Position numbers and translations under genes: made by a program. A DNA stretch of 61,882 bases, counting the filler, from Sphacelaria rigidula (lineage: Eukaryota): the NCBI GenBank assembly GCA_964200075.2. It is 7 parts of 7 records of this genome, joined end to end, with 100 filler letters (N's around TTAATTAATTAA, not from the genome) between each part and the next. Parts side by side here need not be neighbours in the genome. Positions count along the whole stretch, not along the records: positions 35,421 to 44,174 come from CAXNAA020010186.1; positions 44,275 to 53,028 come from CAXNAA020010187.1; 5 more parts are not named here. The stretch is one strand, 5' to 3'. Within the stretch, counting starts at the first letter, position 1, and each line of letters begins with the position of its first letter. Below are positions 39,588 through 53,028 of the stretch, in pieces. Under the pieces are notes generated by a model. That model was not told where the DNA came from. It saw nothing but the letters and a program-made list of their open reading frames with translations, and searched no databases.

Positions 39588-41124
39588 ATTTTGGAGGTAG
39601 CCAAATGGCCGCGTGTGAGGCGTTCGTCGTGCATACGCCCGACGTGGCCGGCGTATATACGGTAATCCCCGATGCACTCGTCGCCAGTCCTTTCGAGAAC
39701 CTCGCGGTTTTGCAGCACTCGTATGGTATTGTCGGAGTGTGCCGCGGATTGAGGTATGCTCGTTGAGGCGCCTCAGCAGGAACCCGCAGTGGGCTTGCCG
39801 AAAAGGGCCGAAATTATTGGGCGATAGGATACTGAAATTACCATGATTATCGAAGGAATATCTTCTTGGGAGCTCTGAAATTTTGGAGAGCTCCAAACGG
39901 TCCATCATCATCGAGCTCTACCATTCGTTGCTGTCTGATATCTCATTAAGGACACACAGTTCTCATCTCGTCATTGGCTCACCTTCGCCGACAAAATAAA
40001 TGACAAGATGATCCTACCTGCACGTGCATGACGTTCAAATCTACCGTAAATATCTTTCTCGCAACCTCTCTGTGAAAGGGGGGGGCTGTCGAAAAGGCAA
40101 GGGCGTGATCGACCAAATAAATAGAGTATCGATTGATTGATGAAATGCTCATTATCAAGGAGGAGGTGAATGAAAGGGCTGTTCGACGCGTGGCTTCAAT
40201 ATGATATACAGTCTCGTCACAAGCACACGGTCTGTTGCCACGAGCAACTAACTGCATCATGATGCTGTACTCTGTTGCATTTTGTATCTGCGCGGACTGC
40301 TGTATGTTGTGTCCTGAAAATCGTTCAAGTATCTCGCCCTCATGAATCTTCGCTGTTACCACGATCATTGGCGGCATTGCTCCATCTATGGTCGAAGCTC
40401 CTAAGAACAGGGCGGCGCGTGCACTGCGCCAAGTTGATGGGGGTTTTAGTGGGAACATCCCCCACACTGCCTTGAGCCACCGCTCGAGGCGCCTTCCCCA
40501 CATAACTGCCGCGAGGTGGTCTAGCCGAGCTTTCGGGCAATCGGCACACGAACTCCTTCCATCAAGGCAAAAAAAAAGAAGCGGCATCGCTGGGTGAAGT
40601 CGCCGCCGAAAAAAGCAAGAGGGACTCGAAAGCTTGAGATAAAAGTTTGTGTAGTAGCATGCTTGCTCTCCGTCAGTGTGCTTAGATACAGCCGCCACAC
40701 CACCAGCTATAATAGACGTCACAAACGGTGAGGTATACCATACACTCGTAGCAGCACAGCAGGCAAGTAGGTTGCTACTGCACTAGATCGTTTCTGCTCT
40801 TGACTTCGAAATATTTGTTATATACATCTGCAACGGCAACCACCGTACTTGAGCCCAACAGCTCAACCACCACTGCCGACGCACACACTGTCTAGAGCTA
40901 AGAAGATGGGCACAGCTTCTTTCAGTGTGTGTGTATGTGTATGTTTGTGTGTGTGTCACCCCAGCTGTTCTGGACGCTAATCTACACATTCGGTTTGGTA
41001 TCCAGTACATATGTATAGGCGCATGAGACTCGGGTACGTCCATCATGATAGAGTATATACTTCGTACATGATCATGCCTGGATCAGTTCAAGTGCGACAA
41101 TCAATCAATCAATCAAAATTTTGA

Positions 41125-41325
41125 GCCGGGGTCACACAGGAGGAAAGTCAACGCAGCAGGGTTCCTTGTGGTTTAGCACTCCACCTTCCTTCTATGCTTG
41201 CCTCACTTTTCTCAAGAGCTTCCGCGGCTCCTTCCCTCGTCGACCGTGTTCGGACTTCTTTCATACTCACAACAGAGGCACGCTCCGCTGTTGGACATGA
41301 TGTGAGAAAAACCCCTAGATCGTGC
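41125..41325 (-). mobile_element. SINE body fragment
   Basis: Reverse complement matches about 57160-57380; other fragments near 34845 and 53575. Confidence 0.7.
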
Positions 41326-43034
41326 ATGGTGTAAGTACCTCTTTCAAGGGTGTCTTTCTTTCATACTTCAAGCACCGCGGGCTGTAAGCCATAGCGAGGG
41401 TGTTTTCCGACATCCCGCGTGCTGCTATTATACCCACCGTACCCTTAGTGTCGATGATAGAGTTGGCGTGCTACTACAATATATCTCTTGTTGTGATTCA
41501 TGCACAGACTTTGCACTCCTCCTGTCATGCCGACATGTATCTCAGTAGTACAAGTAGTTGCTGATTGTTATTATACTTACTGCTTTCTGAGGCAATGCTG
41601 CCGCTACTGCTTGCTGTTTGCTGCAGCCTATACTGTGTACATGACAGTACAGACGACGGGGCAGGAGGTTGCAGCTTACTAACGATGATGCTGCTGACAT
41701 ACATGCGCTTGTCATTTCAACTGGCCCTTCGACCCCCAGGACGCGCGATTTTTGTTGAAAATGCATTATTTGAGTTTTTGTCGAGTGTAAATGATGCCAA
41801 TCAACAGGCGTTCACTCACCCCAAAAGTTGCCTTGACCCACTCTGCTAGCTAGCGGTTGGATGGTAAACAACATGACCGTTATTTATATATTCGAACGTT
41901 TCGTTCAGACCCTTCATTATCGTGATCGATTTCTGGACGCACTACTCCCACCTTTGCTTTCATCATCTTCGAGGTCGAACTGAACGAAGTTCGTGTTCAC
42001 TCTAAGATAGCTCCTACACCCACCCTAATATGATTTGCGTGTTGTCCTTCTGTGTATCAAAACCATACCGGTCTCTTCGATATACATGGCATGATCATGT
42101 TTGAACCGAACAGTTGCATACACCATACACCCGGAAATTCTCCCGCATATTCTTGCTGGGTCGAATGTTCAGCCCCCGGAAGATCCGAATAAATGATGCT
42201 CAAGTATGATCCAACTATGAGCGACCATTGCGCATCAACTCCGAACCGTACAGACGGAAAGTGTGGGCAGTCGGAGCTTTGCACACAGTTCGACAGCATC
42301 CAAGAGGAGTGATCAGACCGTGGTGAAGTGTGCAGTGAAAGAAGGCGCCATGGTCTTCGGCTGCCGCTTCTGCTGCTGCAGGAGTTGGCTTGTGCCTAAT
42401 GTGAGTTCTTATCAAGGATAGATTCGATTATTCAAACGCTCCCTCATGTGGGACGCCTTATTTGCTCACTACAATATATAATAGCCATCACTACAACAGT
42501 AGTACACTAATTCCGCTATTATAAAATGTTGGAGCACAGACAGTAGAATTAAGATTACAGAATGGTTACCATCCTCACCGTTGTGCCGAGTATCTCGTCG
42601 CGAAGAAGCAGCAGCTCTGAGAAAAAGAGGCCGAGAGGACAATCAGCAAGTTTTCTTTATCCCGGCGGTTCGACTCAAGTCTTGAGTTGACGTAGGCGCT
42701 AGGCGAGCGATGAGATACGAGATGCAAGGTGTTCAGGCCTGGTGTATACAGTGTTTACAACGGATCATCGCAAAAATGTCCTACTCGTATCATGTATATA
42801 CGCTTCAATGAGACTGGGTGTACCTGTATTCTTGTTCAGGGCCCCTCCAACACCGCGCGGCATACACATACCGTCGTCGGGTTGAATTGAACCCTCACAC
42901 GGCTACAAAAGACGAAAGATCTCCATGAGATTCATGCACATATCGTTTGGAGGGAGAGAAGCTGGCATGCATGTGTGCGCACCACAATCTAATCCGGCTC
43001 GCGATGTGAAAACGTTATCTCTTGTTTCCAAAAG

Positions 43035-43206
43035 GATGCATCTTTGGCGACAAAGTCGCGATTCCTGCCACAGTGCGTTTTCAACCTGTACAAGGTCGCG
43101 CTGGCAACCTACTTCGTGTTCTGGTGCTTTTACTGGCCGGCGGCGGACGAGATCTACGACGGCTGGAAGTACTACACGCACTACACTTTCTACGTTACCG
43201 CAATCT
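43035..43206 (+). CDS. Exon of a rolling-stone-like membrane protein (probably pseudogenised)
   Basis: AG/GT-bounded open exon SRFLPQCVFNLYKVALATYFVFWCFY..WKYYTHYTFYVTAI; neighbouring exon-like stretches contain stops. Confidence 0.45.
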
Positions 43207-45505
43207 GTGAGAGACTGTCGATGTCGTCGTGCTTTACATATGCATTTGAAATACGGAGTGAATCGTGACAACATCCTGCCGCGGTGCAGCTATTCCCTTA
43301 TTTCAAAGTAACTATACGAGTAGTACTGACCGACATACAATCGTCCGGACCGGTCACTCAACTTCGTATACATGGTTGATGATTCTGTCGGCAGGCCACC
43401 AGCCGCACCAGACAAACACAACTGCTGTTCAATAGTCGGTATCGATTGAATGCCTGTTGTTGTGTTCATCTTTGTTGTGCCGAGATCCCACGTGAAGTGA
43501 AGCCTGACCTCTTGGATCAAAGGGTATGACATATATACCTGGTACATATGTCGTACCCTTTGGATAGACCTTACGTTTGTTGATGTTCCTTACATTAGCC
43601 CACTTCCAGACATCTAGTGCCCGTGGTCATACACAGTGTTGCGCTCGATTTAGTGTCACGTTCTTCACCACCACCCCAAGAATAGGCGCGACGGAGTCAA
43701 AGTAGTGGACGGAGCACGAACTCACAATGATGCTGATATACAGGTGTAATATGACTCTGAAGATATGTCCTCATCGACGTCTGGCTTAATTCCGGTGAGT
43801 ACCGTCAACAAACAAGTGGCAGCTCAGACAGAGAAATCTGTACATGGCCAGAAAGTCGTATCGGAATCTAACCTGTAGTCAGCCCTACAGACAGGTACAA
43901 CTAGCTACACCAGTATAAAAAGTCATCGTTCAAGATCGAGGGCGCCAATCAACTGCTGGCTGTTCGAAAAGTGTGTACTTGCAGTGGATAATCTCCATCT
44001 TACCTCGATCCTCTGATATTTTCATCTGCGGCAAGTCGGAACAGCAAGAACCTGGAGAACTGGTAGGCTCGCGTCTATAATAGCCACACAGACAGAGCAA
44101 CTTGATACTTCCTCCTCTGTCCCATAAGTAAAGTCCGTTATGGGCTTTTAATCGTTTGTGCATTCAAACTCTTGNNNNNNNNNNNNNNNNNNNNNNNNNN
44201 NNNNNNNNNNNNNNNNNNTTAATTAATTAANNNNNNNNNNNNNNNNNNNNNNNNNNNNNNNNNNNNNNNNNNNNAGGGATGCTTGGTCAATGGTCAAATG
44301 ACTAAGGCAAGCAACAAATGAGTACGCCCCCCCCCCCAAAAAAAAACAGCCCAAAAGTGTCACGAAAACAATGGTCATATACAGCGCCTGATCTTTGGGT
44401 TCAGGCTGTGCATGAAGCGCCTCATAAAGGCGACATTGGCGACAACGAACCCGAGCGTGGGAATTCCCAGCTACTCGTTGTGCTCGACTTTTTCCATTTC
44501 GATTTACGTCAACATTTTCCCTCCCCCAAACAGGCACTTTGGGGGGGGGGGGGGGGGGGGTTCNNNNNNNNNNCCATTTCTCTGGTGTTTGCTCTTTTTC
44601 TCTTTTGGTTTACCGTCACCTTTTCCCCCCCCCAAAAAGCGCTTTGGGGGGGGGGGGGGGGGGGGCTATCGTAGAAAGTGTCATCGCTGAAATTGAGGTC
44701 GTATTTTGCATCGAACGAATCAAGTCAAAATGTGATATCCAACAGCATGGCATGTCTAATTGCACAATGACACCACTCTTCATAGGACCAGAGCTCCTCG
44801 ACGAAACAGCTCGGCTAGCTTAAAGACAAAATCCCTGCGGACAGAGGATGCGTTCAAAACCTTGACATGAATTCGGGTGAAAACAAATGCGCGAAATTCT
44901 CCAGAATTTTGCACAACTCCGGAATGCCGAGAACAATGTTGAGGAGGACCGTGAAATGAAGAGTGGGATGGCGATGGTGACGTTGGCTGTTGGAACGTTG
45001 GAGTTAGTTTTGCGCTAATACCGGGTACCCTCATGTTTCTACGTAACTACCAACACCAGTTTGCCGCGCATTACCCATGCCATGCTCCTAATGACGTGAC
45101 CTGTTTCATGACTCAGGCCAGCTGACGTGGAAGGAGTCAGTCGAGTCTTGGGAGGCTGAGGTTAGGCCGCCTTGCTCATGTTCTGAGTTTTGTGCGCAAC
45201 CCGCATAATAGGGGATAGTAAAAGTTCGACGCCTCGCTGGTCTCCAGACAAGCAAAGAACCTGTTTGGTGGGTTCTTTGTGGATTATTTGTTTTCAGCCA
45301 AGACACTCTCCTGCAGCGCAGAACGGTTTTAAAAGAGGAAGACAAATGCGATCGTGTACTTCTATGCCTCAAAAATACGTACCAGTATTATGACAACAAC
45401 AACAAAAATAATTGTGTGCTTTCGTAATCGGTGTGAGGGGGCGTGCGCAACATGGCACAAGACCCGGCCGACCCGCACTTCTACCACTATTTTACACATT
45501 CTCAC

Positions 45506-45675
45506 CCTGACGCCCATTACTGCAAGAATAAAGTTGCCCACGACGGCCAGTTGATAGGCAGGGTTGGCCCTGCTTATGCTTGTGGTGACGTTGAACAGCC
45601 ATCTGCGGTACACCTTCGTTTCCAACACGAACACCAGAGTGCCGAGGACTATGAAGACGGACATGGGCACCTCAG
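45506..45675 (-). CDS. Orphan hydrophobic exon, unknown protein
   Basis: CAG acceptor after a (TG)n run, GTGAG donor, open frame VPMSVFIVLGTLVFVLETKVYRRWLF..LAVVGNFILAVMG. Confidence 0.35.
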
Positions 45676-45691
45676 CTGCTCGAATGGGTCG

Positions 45692-45697
<6 letters not shown>

Positions 45698-45746
<49 letters not shown>
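45698..45746. repeat. (CA)n microsatellite
   Basis: Seen directly. Confidence 0.95.
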
Positions 45747-45748
<2 letters not shown>

Positions 45749-48700
45749 CGATGCGGATAATGACAAAAGGACGCGCGCACACACGCACGCACGCACGCGA
45801 CGATACGGTTGATGGCGACAGCAACGTGCATGCGAACGACGATGTGGACCATGACGATACAATACACCCTAACAGATGTCGTTAAAGGCCAAGGTTGCGC
45901 TCTTAGTCTCACAAAATGCTGTGTGTTTCGGCAGCTCGCTGTTTCATTCTTACCCTGGTGTTTTTTCTCTCGGCGACAGTGTACCACCCTCAACCATGAT
46001 GCACTGGTGCGTGTCTCTAGGCTACTCATGGAAAAGTGAGTTCCCAGTAGATGCTACAGGAGAAGAAATAGAGTCCGACAGAGCAGGAAATGTGTACTAA
46101 CCTGTGCAGAAAGACAAACACCGGACTGTCACAAGCAGCCCGTACATAAAGGGCGCGATAAAAAAGAAGGGAGTAAAGAAGAGTAGGTAGAAGAGGAGCA
46201 GGGGCCGGGGTAGGCATAGGCTTGCTAGGAAAGCAGCGCAAGTAGCACAGGCAAGGCAGCGGAGTCAATATTTTTAGGTAGCCAATGACTATATCAGAAC
46301 TCTCGCTGTGACAGGGGCCAACGAACGGCGGCGAGACTAAAGCGACTTGTCTGAGGCAGCGGGAGTAGACAAGGCATTACCTGGGGTGCTAGCTGTTGTG
46401 GTGAGCGCGGGGTCGGGTGATGTTGCGGAGCAAGTGCTGGGGTGATTGAGTGCTTGTTGAGAGAGGAAACACATTTCCATTGGTATTCGTGAATAGTTCT
46501 GAGGACAATTGCAGCTTGTGGTCGTGCGGTTTGTTGTCATGTTCGTGCTGCTGGTCGCTCATGAAACATGGCAGTTGGGCGAGTATGATCGTAGTGCGTA
46601 CGCTGGGTAAAATCCTGGCGTACACGTGAGTGTTCGGGATCTGTGTGTCGTGCTGCTCTGGCTAGCACACGTGATACATGGCTTCTGCAAGGACGGGCGC
46701 ATGGGATGTGGTGGGTAAAATGCCGGCACGCGCATGCGGGTTCTTTGCCATGACATGTTTACCCATATGCACGGTGTCTGGCGAAGCGTCAGGGTGCGAC
46801 AGTTTCCAACATATTGATGTACAGTACTTGGCACCTGTACCATTTATTTCGTAATTTGTTCGCCGTAATTGGCGATTCTCTTGGGCTCTTTTGCTTGCCA
46901 CCGCTCATCACATTAGAGATCCGAAGGCACTTGTATCCGCTCCACATTCCAAGAAAAACAAAAACATCGGCACTCAACGTCGAGTGACTCACGGGCTGAC
47001 CGCCCATCGGGGGTCCTGGCATGTTTCAGCCAAGATTCTGATTCTTCAGTATTTTCGGTCGATCGAGCCTGTCCTGATCGTATTTGTGAAAAAATGTACT
47101 TTTTTTTTTAAAATTCCACCTACTCATTGCACTATTATAGAGACGAAAAACTGTGTTTCACGATCAATAAAGCCCTCCCGATGAACGGGGTATCTACTCC
47201 TATCGTACCATAACACGAACTAACACTAACTTGGGTAATGGGGAGGAAGATGATATGTTGATTCTCCCAAAATCTACCGATGCTAGCACTTTCGAGTTCT
47301 ATCGACGAGCAGTCGCGAGGAAACACCCTCCTGAACGAAAAATAGTTTGAACGCCTAGTAGTACTATGTGCTGGACGAGGTGAAGCTTGCGGGGGTCGGA
47401 CAAATCATGATTCGTCTGAAAATTACTTGGTTTGAGTATAATTAATTCGAATCGTACGAATCAATCCCTAGGCTTTATTTCAGCGTTACAACCCAGGTAC
47501 GCGCAGCCCAGACACGTGGAATGGCGCAAACGTTGCGTGGATACCGCTTGGACCAGCGGTCAACGTTTTTCTCCCTTTTGGGCAACCAGGCCGAAGAAAT
47601 CGTGGATTTGGTGACTCGTAGTCGTGATGATTCGTCCTGACCGCGTGAAAGCTTGTATTGTCCTGTTATCACAGAAACGTGACAGGTGTGAGGCTTCATC
47701 ACACGGAACTGTCTTCGTGCGGTTTGCGCGTACTGACTGTAGGTGATGATGATTGCTGTTGTTGGCGTAGATATGGACGGAAAATGCGAAACGCGCGTGA
47801 TTCTTGTGGTTGAAGATGAGGGAATATTGCACACGCGCGCCAGTGTGATCCTTGACCATGGGTCGTCTCCTGAAAGAGCGCCACGTGTATGGACGAGCAC
47901 GTGAATGATGCTTTGTTTCTGAATGGAAGGAACGGTGCAGGTGAGCTGCCAGTCTGCTGAGACATGATTCGCATTTTACATTGCGGATGATAAACGGATG
48001 TGATATCGAGGCCCTGGATCTAAATTTCTGGGTGGTATGCTCGGGACTTTGATTTCGAAAATCACGTAACTACCTCTGGTCCTTGATGGCGGAGGTCGAG
48101 ATCCGCTTGCCCTAGTTGGATTGTTACGAATGACTTAATTGGCGAGATCTGGGCTTTGAATCTTTCGTAAGGAGAGGTGTGCAATGCATCCGTTTTCATT
48201 GAGATAAACAAGCAGGAGGCCAGCTACGTGTTCGGTGTTTTGGATACTTATTTCATTTTAGTTACTGGATGCTTTGTTGCTCAGGCTTTTCAACGGAGCA
48301 AAGTACGTTTTGTATCCTAAAAGGTGCTTGTCTCGAATGAGAGAGACGAATAATCATCAATGCTACGGAACTTGACGTCCGTTGATGTTAAAGGTTTTCT
48401 TGGTGAAGAGTCAGGAGATTTATTTCGGCAAGGGTTTGATGATTTGACGTCAGCGATGGCTACGTGACTCGGAGTGGTGCAATTCTTGGAACAACCGCAG
48501 GATTGCGTGTTCATGATGAACGTTTTCGATAGCTTGCAAGTTGTTCGGGAATTGGACAAGCTTGTATGGAGCTATCATTGAATACAGCGGCAGGGATTGA
48601 CATTCCATGTGTAATATGGCGGTAGTACTAGGCAACAATGACGTCTGAATTGTCAAGCTCGACTCCGACCACCTTGTTACCTAGGTTTGGTACACAACTG

Positions 48701-48922
48701 CAGTTGGGACAACGTGCAGTACACATGTTCACGACTGGTTGATGGATCGCGGGTCTGCGAGTGTCGTCGGTGGACTCCGTGAGTTTTATCTCGATGCTAT
48801 ATGAGGTTTATTTCTCACACTTTCCCAGCGGGATAAGCTAGGTCGCCGATATCCGCCAGTATGAACATCTAAGGGTTTATGTATTAATAACAAAAGACGC
48901 TGAAGTCTACGTGCTCACTACG

Positions 48923-49166
48923 GAGCAATGCCACGGTAGGGGTGCACTTTTTTTCGCGAAATGTTGTCTGGTTCAGGGGCTGCTAACGATTCTACATTGC
49001 ACAAGAATATGGGTCAGGGCATCCCCGTTTGCAAATTCATTCGGGATATCTCTAGCGCATTGAAATAGTAATTCTGGCTTACTCTCACATATTCCGCAAG
49101 TGGTGTTTTGGATGAGATACAGGGCTTCTAACAATTCTAACCTCGGAAAATATTTGTGCATCACTC
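48923..49166 (+). mobile_element. GAGCAATGC MITE (Sola-like)
   Basis: GAGCAATGC...GCATCACTC with TACG TSD. Confidence 0.88.
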
Positions 49167-49469
49167 TACGGGAGGAGTTTACCTAGCTGTTTGACCTTCA
49201 GTGCAGAGCTCTGTAGGCTGCGAAGGAATTCGCCGGCGCTATCCTCGAAGCAGCGAAAACAATACTCCTGAAACAGGCATGAAAACCACCTATGCCGGAA
49301 TGGTGTCGAAGCCCGGACACAAGAGCAACAGCAGAGGCAACACTTGCCAAACGACGTGAGACACGCGGACTAATGAAGGACAACCGGACCCCAGCAACGT
49401 GAAAGGCACTCGGAGTCGCGTGGAAGTGGGTACGAACAGCAATAGACGACGACGTCGCACGCAGGAAAC

Positions 49470-50770
49470 GTGCTTCTGAAAATAGTGGCCGGCCGCCTCA
49501 TCGACTACTGCGAAGGCCATGGGATCCTAACGGAGGGACAGTGCGGTTTCCGACCCGATCGATCCATCGTCAACATGTTGTTCGTAGTGTGCCGAATCCG
49601 GGAGCTGGGGCGGCGGTGGAGAATACTGCTGTACACGTGCTTCGTGGACCTCCAGAAAGTACATTACTCGGTCGACCGAGAGCTCCTGTGGCACGTCATG
49701 AGGTGATCGCAGACATCCGCTAACTCCACGACGGTACGCGGCCTGCATACGTATGGACGGCGGGGAATTCTCGCAGGGGTGCGAGATCACACAGGAACTC
49801 CGGCCGGAATGTATTCTGTCTCCGCTGCTGGTCAACGTTTTCTTCGCAGCGGCGCTCGGGCTAGCTATCGTGCGATTCACCGAGGACGGCATCATCCTCA
49901 AGGACATAGCATATCGCGAGGAGACGGGGAAGGGGGCGGAGACATCACTGGAGCGCGTACGGAGAGCAGTGTGAGGGATGATATATGCTGGCGACGCCCG
50001 CGTCGTCTCGGAATCCCCCGGCGGCCTGGCGAGGACGATGACACTCATACTGTTTGTTTTTTCTTTCCTTTCCTTTTCTTTTCCTGTTTCTTCTTTTCTT
50101 CAGACCGTGTTTCAGTTTCGTTTTTCTTGGGTACGTCTGTCATGAGACAACGGCTGGACCCCTGGGGGGTCAGTCAAAGTGCGCCAATCAATCCATAAAC
50201 AAAAAGTGGATGTGTCTGGGGCCATTTGACTGATGGTGTCGGAGAAGAAGACGGAGACTTTCTTGATGCGAATATCGGAGAACCCACCAAAGAAGGGCGA
50301 GCGACCGGATGCCACCAACACCACCTCGCCTGCCCCTGGACATCGAAGCAACGGGCAAGAAGTACGCACAGACCACTCAGTTCCGATACTTGGGCAGTCT
50401 CGTCAACGAAGGTGGAAAGCTTGGACAAGAGATCAACCACCGGAGCAGAGCAGCATCGGCGTGCATCAGAGAGTTCTCCCGGGAGCTCTCTGACAGGCCG
50501 ACAGCACCGTGGAGGCTCAAGTTCCGAGTGCTGAAAGCAGAGGCAATGGAAACTTTACCGTACGGATGCATAACGTGGGCTCCGGGCCGCGAGTACTACC
50601 TGTTGCTGAGAAGGACTCCCCACTGGCTCCTTCCGCGAGTTATCGGGAACCTCTGCGTGCAGGGCACCTGCCGACAGCTTTCGTACACACAGCCCCTTGA
50701 GAAGACCGGATGCTAAAGTGCTGAAGCCATCGTCTGGCGACGGTGACTGCTGTTCGCGGGAGCCTTGGGC
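49470..50770 (+). pseudogene. RTE-clade LINE reverse transcriptase relic
   Basis: QCGFRPDRS, FVDLQK..SVDRELLW, QELRPECILSPLL, IYAGD (degenerate YADD), FRYLGS, LPYGCITW; interrupted at about 50049-50225 by a repeat also seen at 53220-53360. Confidence 0.9.
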
Positions 50771-51473
50771 GGGAATGCCCACCCTACCCACATGCCTTTT
50801 TTTCTTGCTAATCCCTTCCTTCCATTGTACCCCTCCCCAGATGTGATGGGTTTTTTTTTCATGTGGTGTTCTTGGTGTGTGTTATATACTCGCATATATG
50901 GCTGTCCCTCGAATATTGCGTACGGCGAGGTCTGCCCGGCCGGTGAACACCCGACATGGAATATCGCAGTATGATGGGAATGCGGAGGACAGTGCTTTTC
51001 GCCTCGCAATTGAGTATGCAGATAGCATGTGCACGTTGGGTTTCGAGAACCCCTACATGTGTAGATGTGGGTGGGAAAGGGCATAACCGGCGTAACTCCG
51101 ACGGGTAGAACACCCCGGCCTAGTAGAGGTACAAGGATGAAATCATGCGGATTTTTATTGCTATGGTTTGGTGATTTTTGGTTCTTGAGGTTTACTCTTA
51201 CTTCCGCTTGACTTTGAGTGCCAAGTGGGGGCATTCGCATCTGTCCTTTTTAATAGTAGTCCGAACGGTCGCCTGCGGCACCGGATCTTATGCGGTTAGA
51301 AGCATTGTTTTTCATTGTATCTCGTCTGCGCTGATTGTTCTGGGTCGTATTCTGTTTTTATTTGATTTTCTTGCTTTTTTGTTTTCGAGCAGGAGTTCGC
51401 ATCAGATGCCCAGTACGAAAGTAAGAAGTATTGCACAGAGATCGGAGTGTTTTTTTTATATATTTATATGGAG

Positions 51474-51505
<32 letters not shown>

Positions 51506-51804
51506 AACCGCAACACCATGCAAACGACAATAGGGGTGACTGATCACGATAACACGCAGAAGCATGATGTGAAGATGCGGATGATGACGGCAACAAAATG
51601 CATGCGGACGGCGATGTGGATCATAAGCGATATCACGTACATACATGATGTGGATGAAGACAACTTGTATGCTAACCAGGATGTGAATAATGGCGATAAC
51701 ATGAACGTACACAACGATACATATGACGAGCAACATCCGCGCACACGACGATGTGGATCATGACGAGAACACGCACACACAACGCATGTGGACGATCCTG
51801 ATCA

Positions 51805-51842
51805 AGGGTTAGGGTTAGGGTTAGGGTTAGGGTTAGGGTTAG
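51805..51842 (+). repeat. Interstitial telomeric repeat (AGGGTT)6
   Basis: Perfect hexamer run without the TIRs of the scaffold-2 element. Confidence 0.9.
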
Positions 51843-52904
51843 AACGATGACAATCGGTATAGAGCAAACACACACATACGGCAAATGAGCATAATTCCCT
51901 CCGTAGATCTTAACAGCATGGACAAACAACGTGCGTTTTGTCTCGCGCTCGCACTAGTCACGCACAATCCACATCACCGAGCAATAGCGGAACATATCGC
52001 ATTTTCCGTCCCGCATCACTTTACGTGCGCCAATCGATCGATCAATCAATCAGTACCAACCAACTCGGGGAAAACAAAATTCGAGCTTCGATGTAGAAAC
52101 CGAAATACGTGATGATTTAGTGCGTGATGCTCCAGTACTGGTACAGTATTGTAAAAAAAGACGTTTCCCGGCTGTGCGAAGAAGACACCGCAGAGAAGCT
52201 ATCGTCTGGTAGCTACAATGCCCCCCAGTTACAATGGTGTGTGATCCTGGAGAATAACAACAATAATACTAACAACAACGACGACGACGACGAAGAAGAA
52301 AGGAAAAGGCAACGAGAATAGGAACGCGGATAGCCGGTCCCGATGAAAAAATAAAAATGATGACACACAGAAAAAAACGAAGACAATAGCCATGAAACGT
52401 AAAGAAATGGCAATGTAGCGAAACACTTGCGCAATGATACTCACTGGCGGGCATCCCGAACGGCCGCGACAATGCCAAGGTCATCGCAGCTAGCAGTGGC
52501 ACAAAGAAGAAAAACGATCGTACAGGATGTGCCCACTCCCGCTGTACGGCTCCCCAGTGCAGCACGGCCTGTCCCAGGGAGGGAAACGAACGTCGCAGAA
52601 AGTTATACCTCGTCATTCCGCTGCGCAAAAAAATGATTTCCAAGATATCATAGGGTTCGATTCTGGCCATGGTCGATCAAATTGAATGCCTAGACTTTTG
52701 TGCGGGGGAATTGAGGCACCGGAGATGCCTCACGTTATCGTGGTGGAACTGTCGCGAACCCTACGTTTTAGTTCCCGAAACAAAATTATTTACATCGCTT
52801 TGAATCAAAACTTAATTCGTAGAGTTAAGTCGGGTGTCGATACATCGTGGCTGCGGCGCATCTCTCATGTGATCGTGTCGGGGCTGTAGTCGTATACCCT
52901 ATAA

Positions 52905-53028
52905 CAGTGGATTCTCGAAAATGGGGTTGAAAACAAATATGAGGTTCAACTCAAAAGCCGTGTTTTCCCTGACATAAGTTCATGACAAATTACTTTCAAA
53001 TGGACCACCCCATCCCTCCCGACCTCCC
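52905..53028 (+). mobile_element. CAGTGGA-terminated DNA-transposon end (also at 55555 and 17542)
   Basis: About 120 bp shared with 55555-55670; the copy at 17542 truncates the copia RT. Confidence 0.55.
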
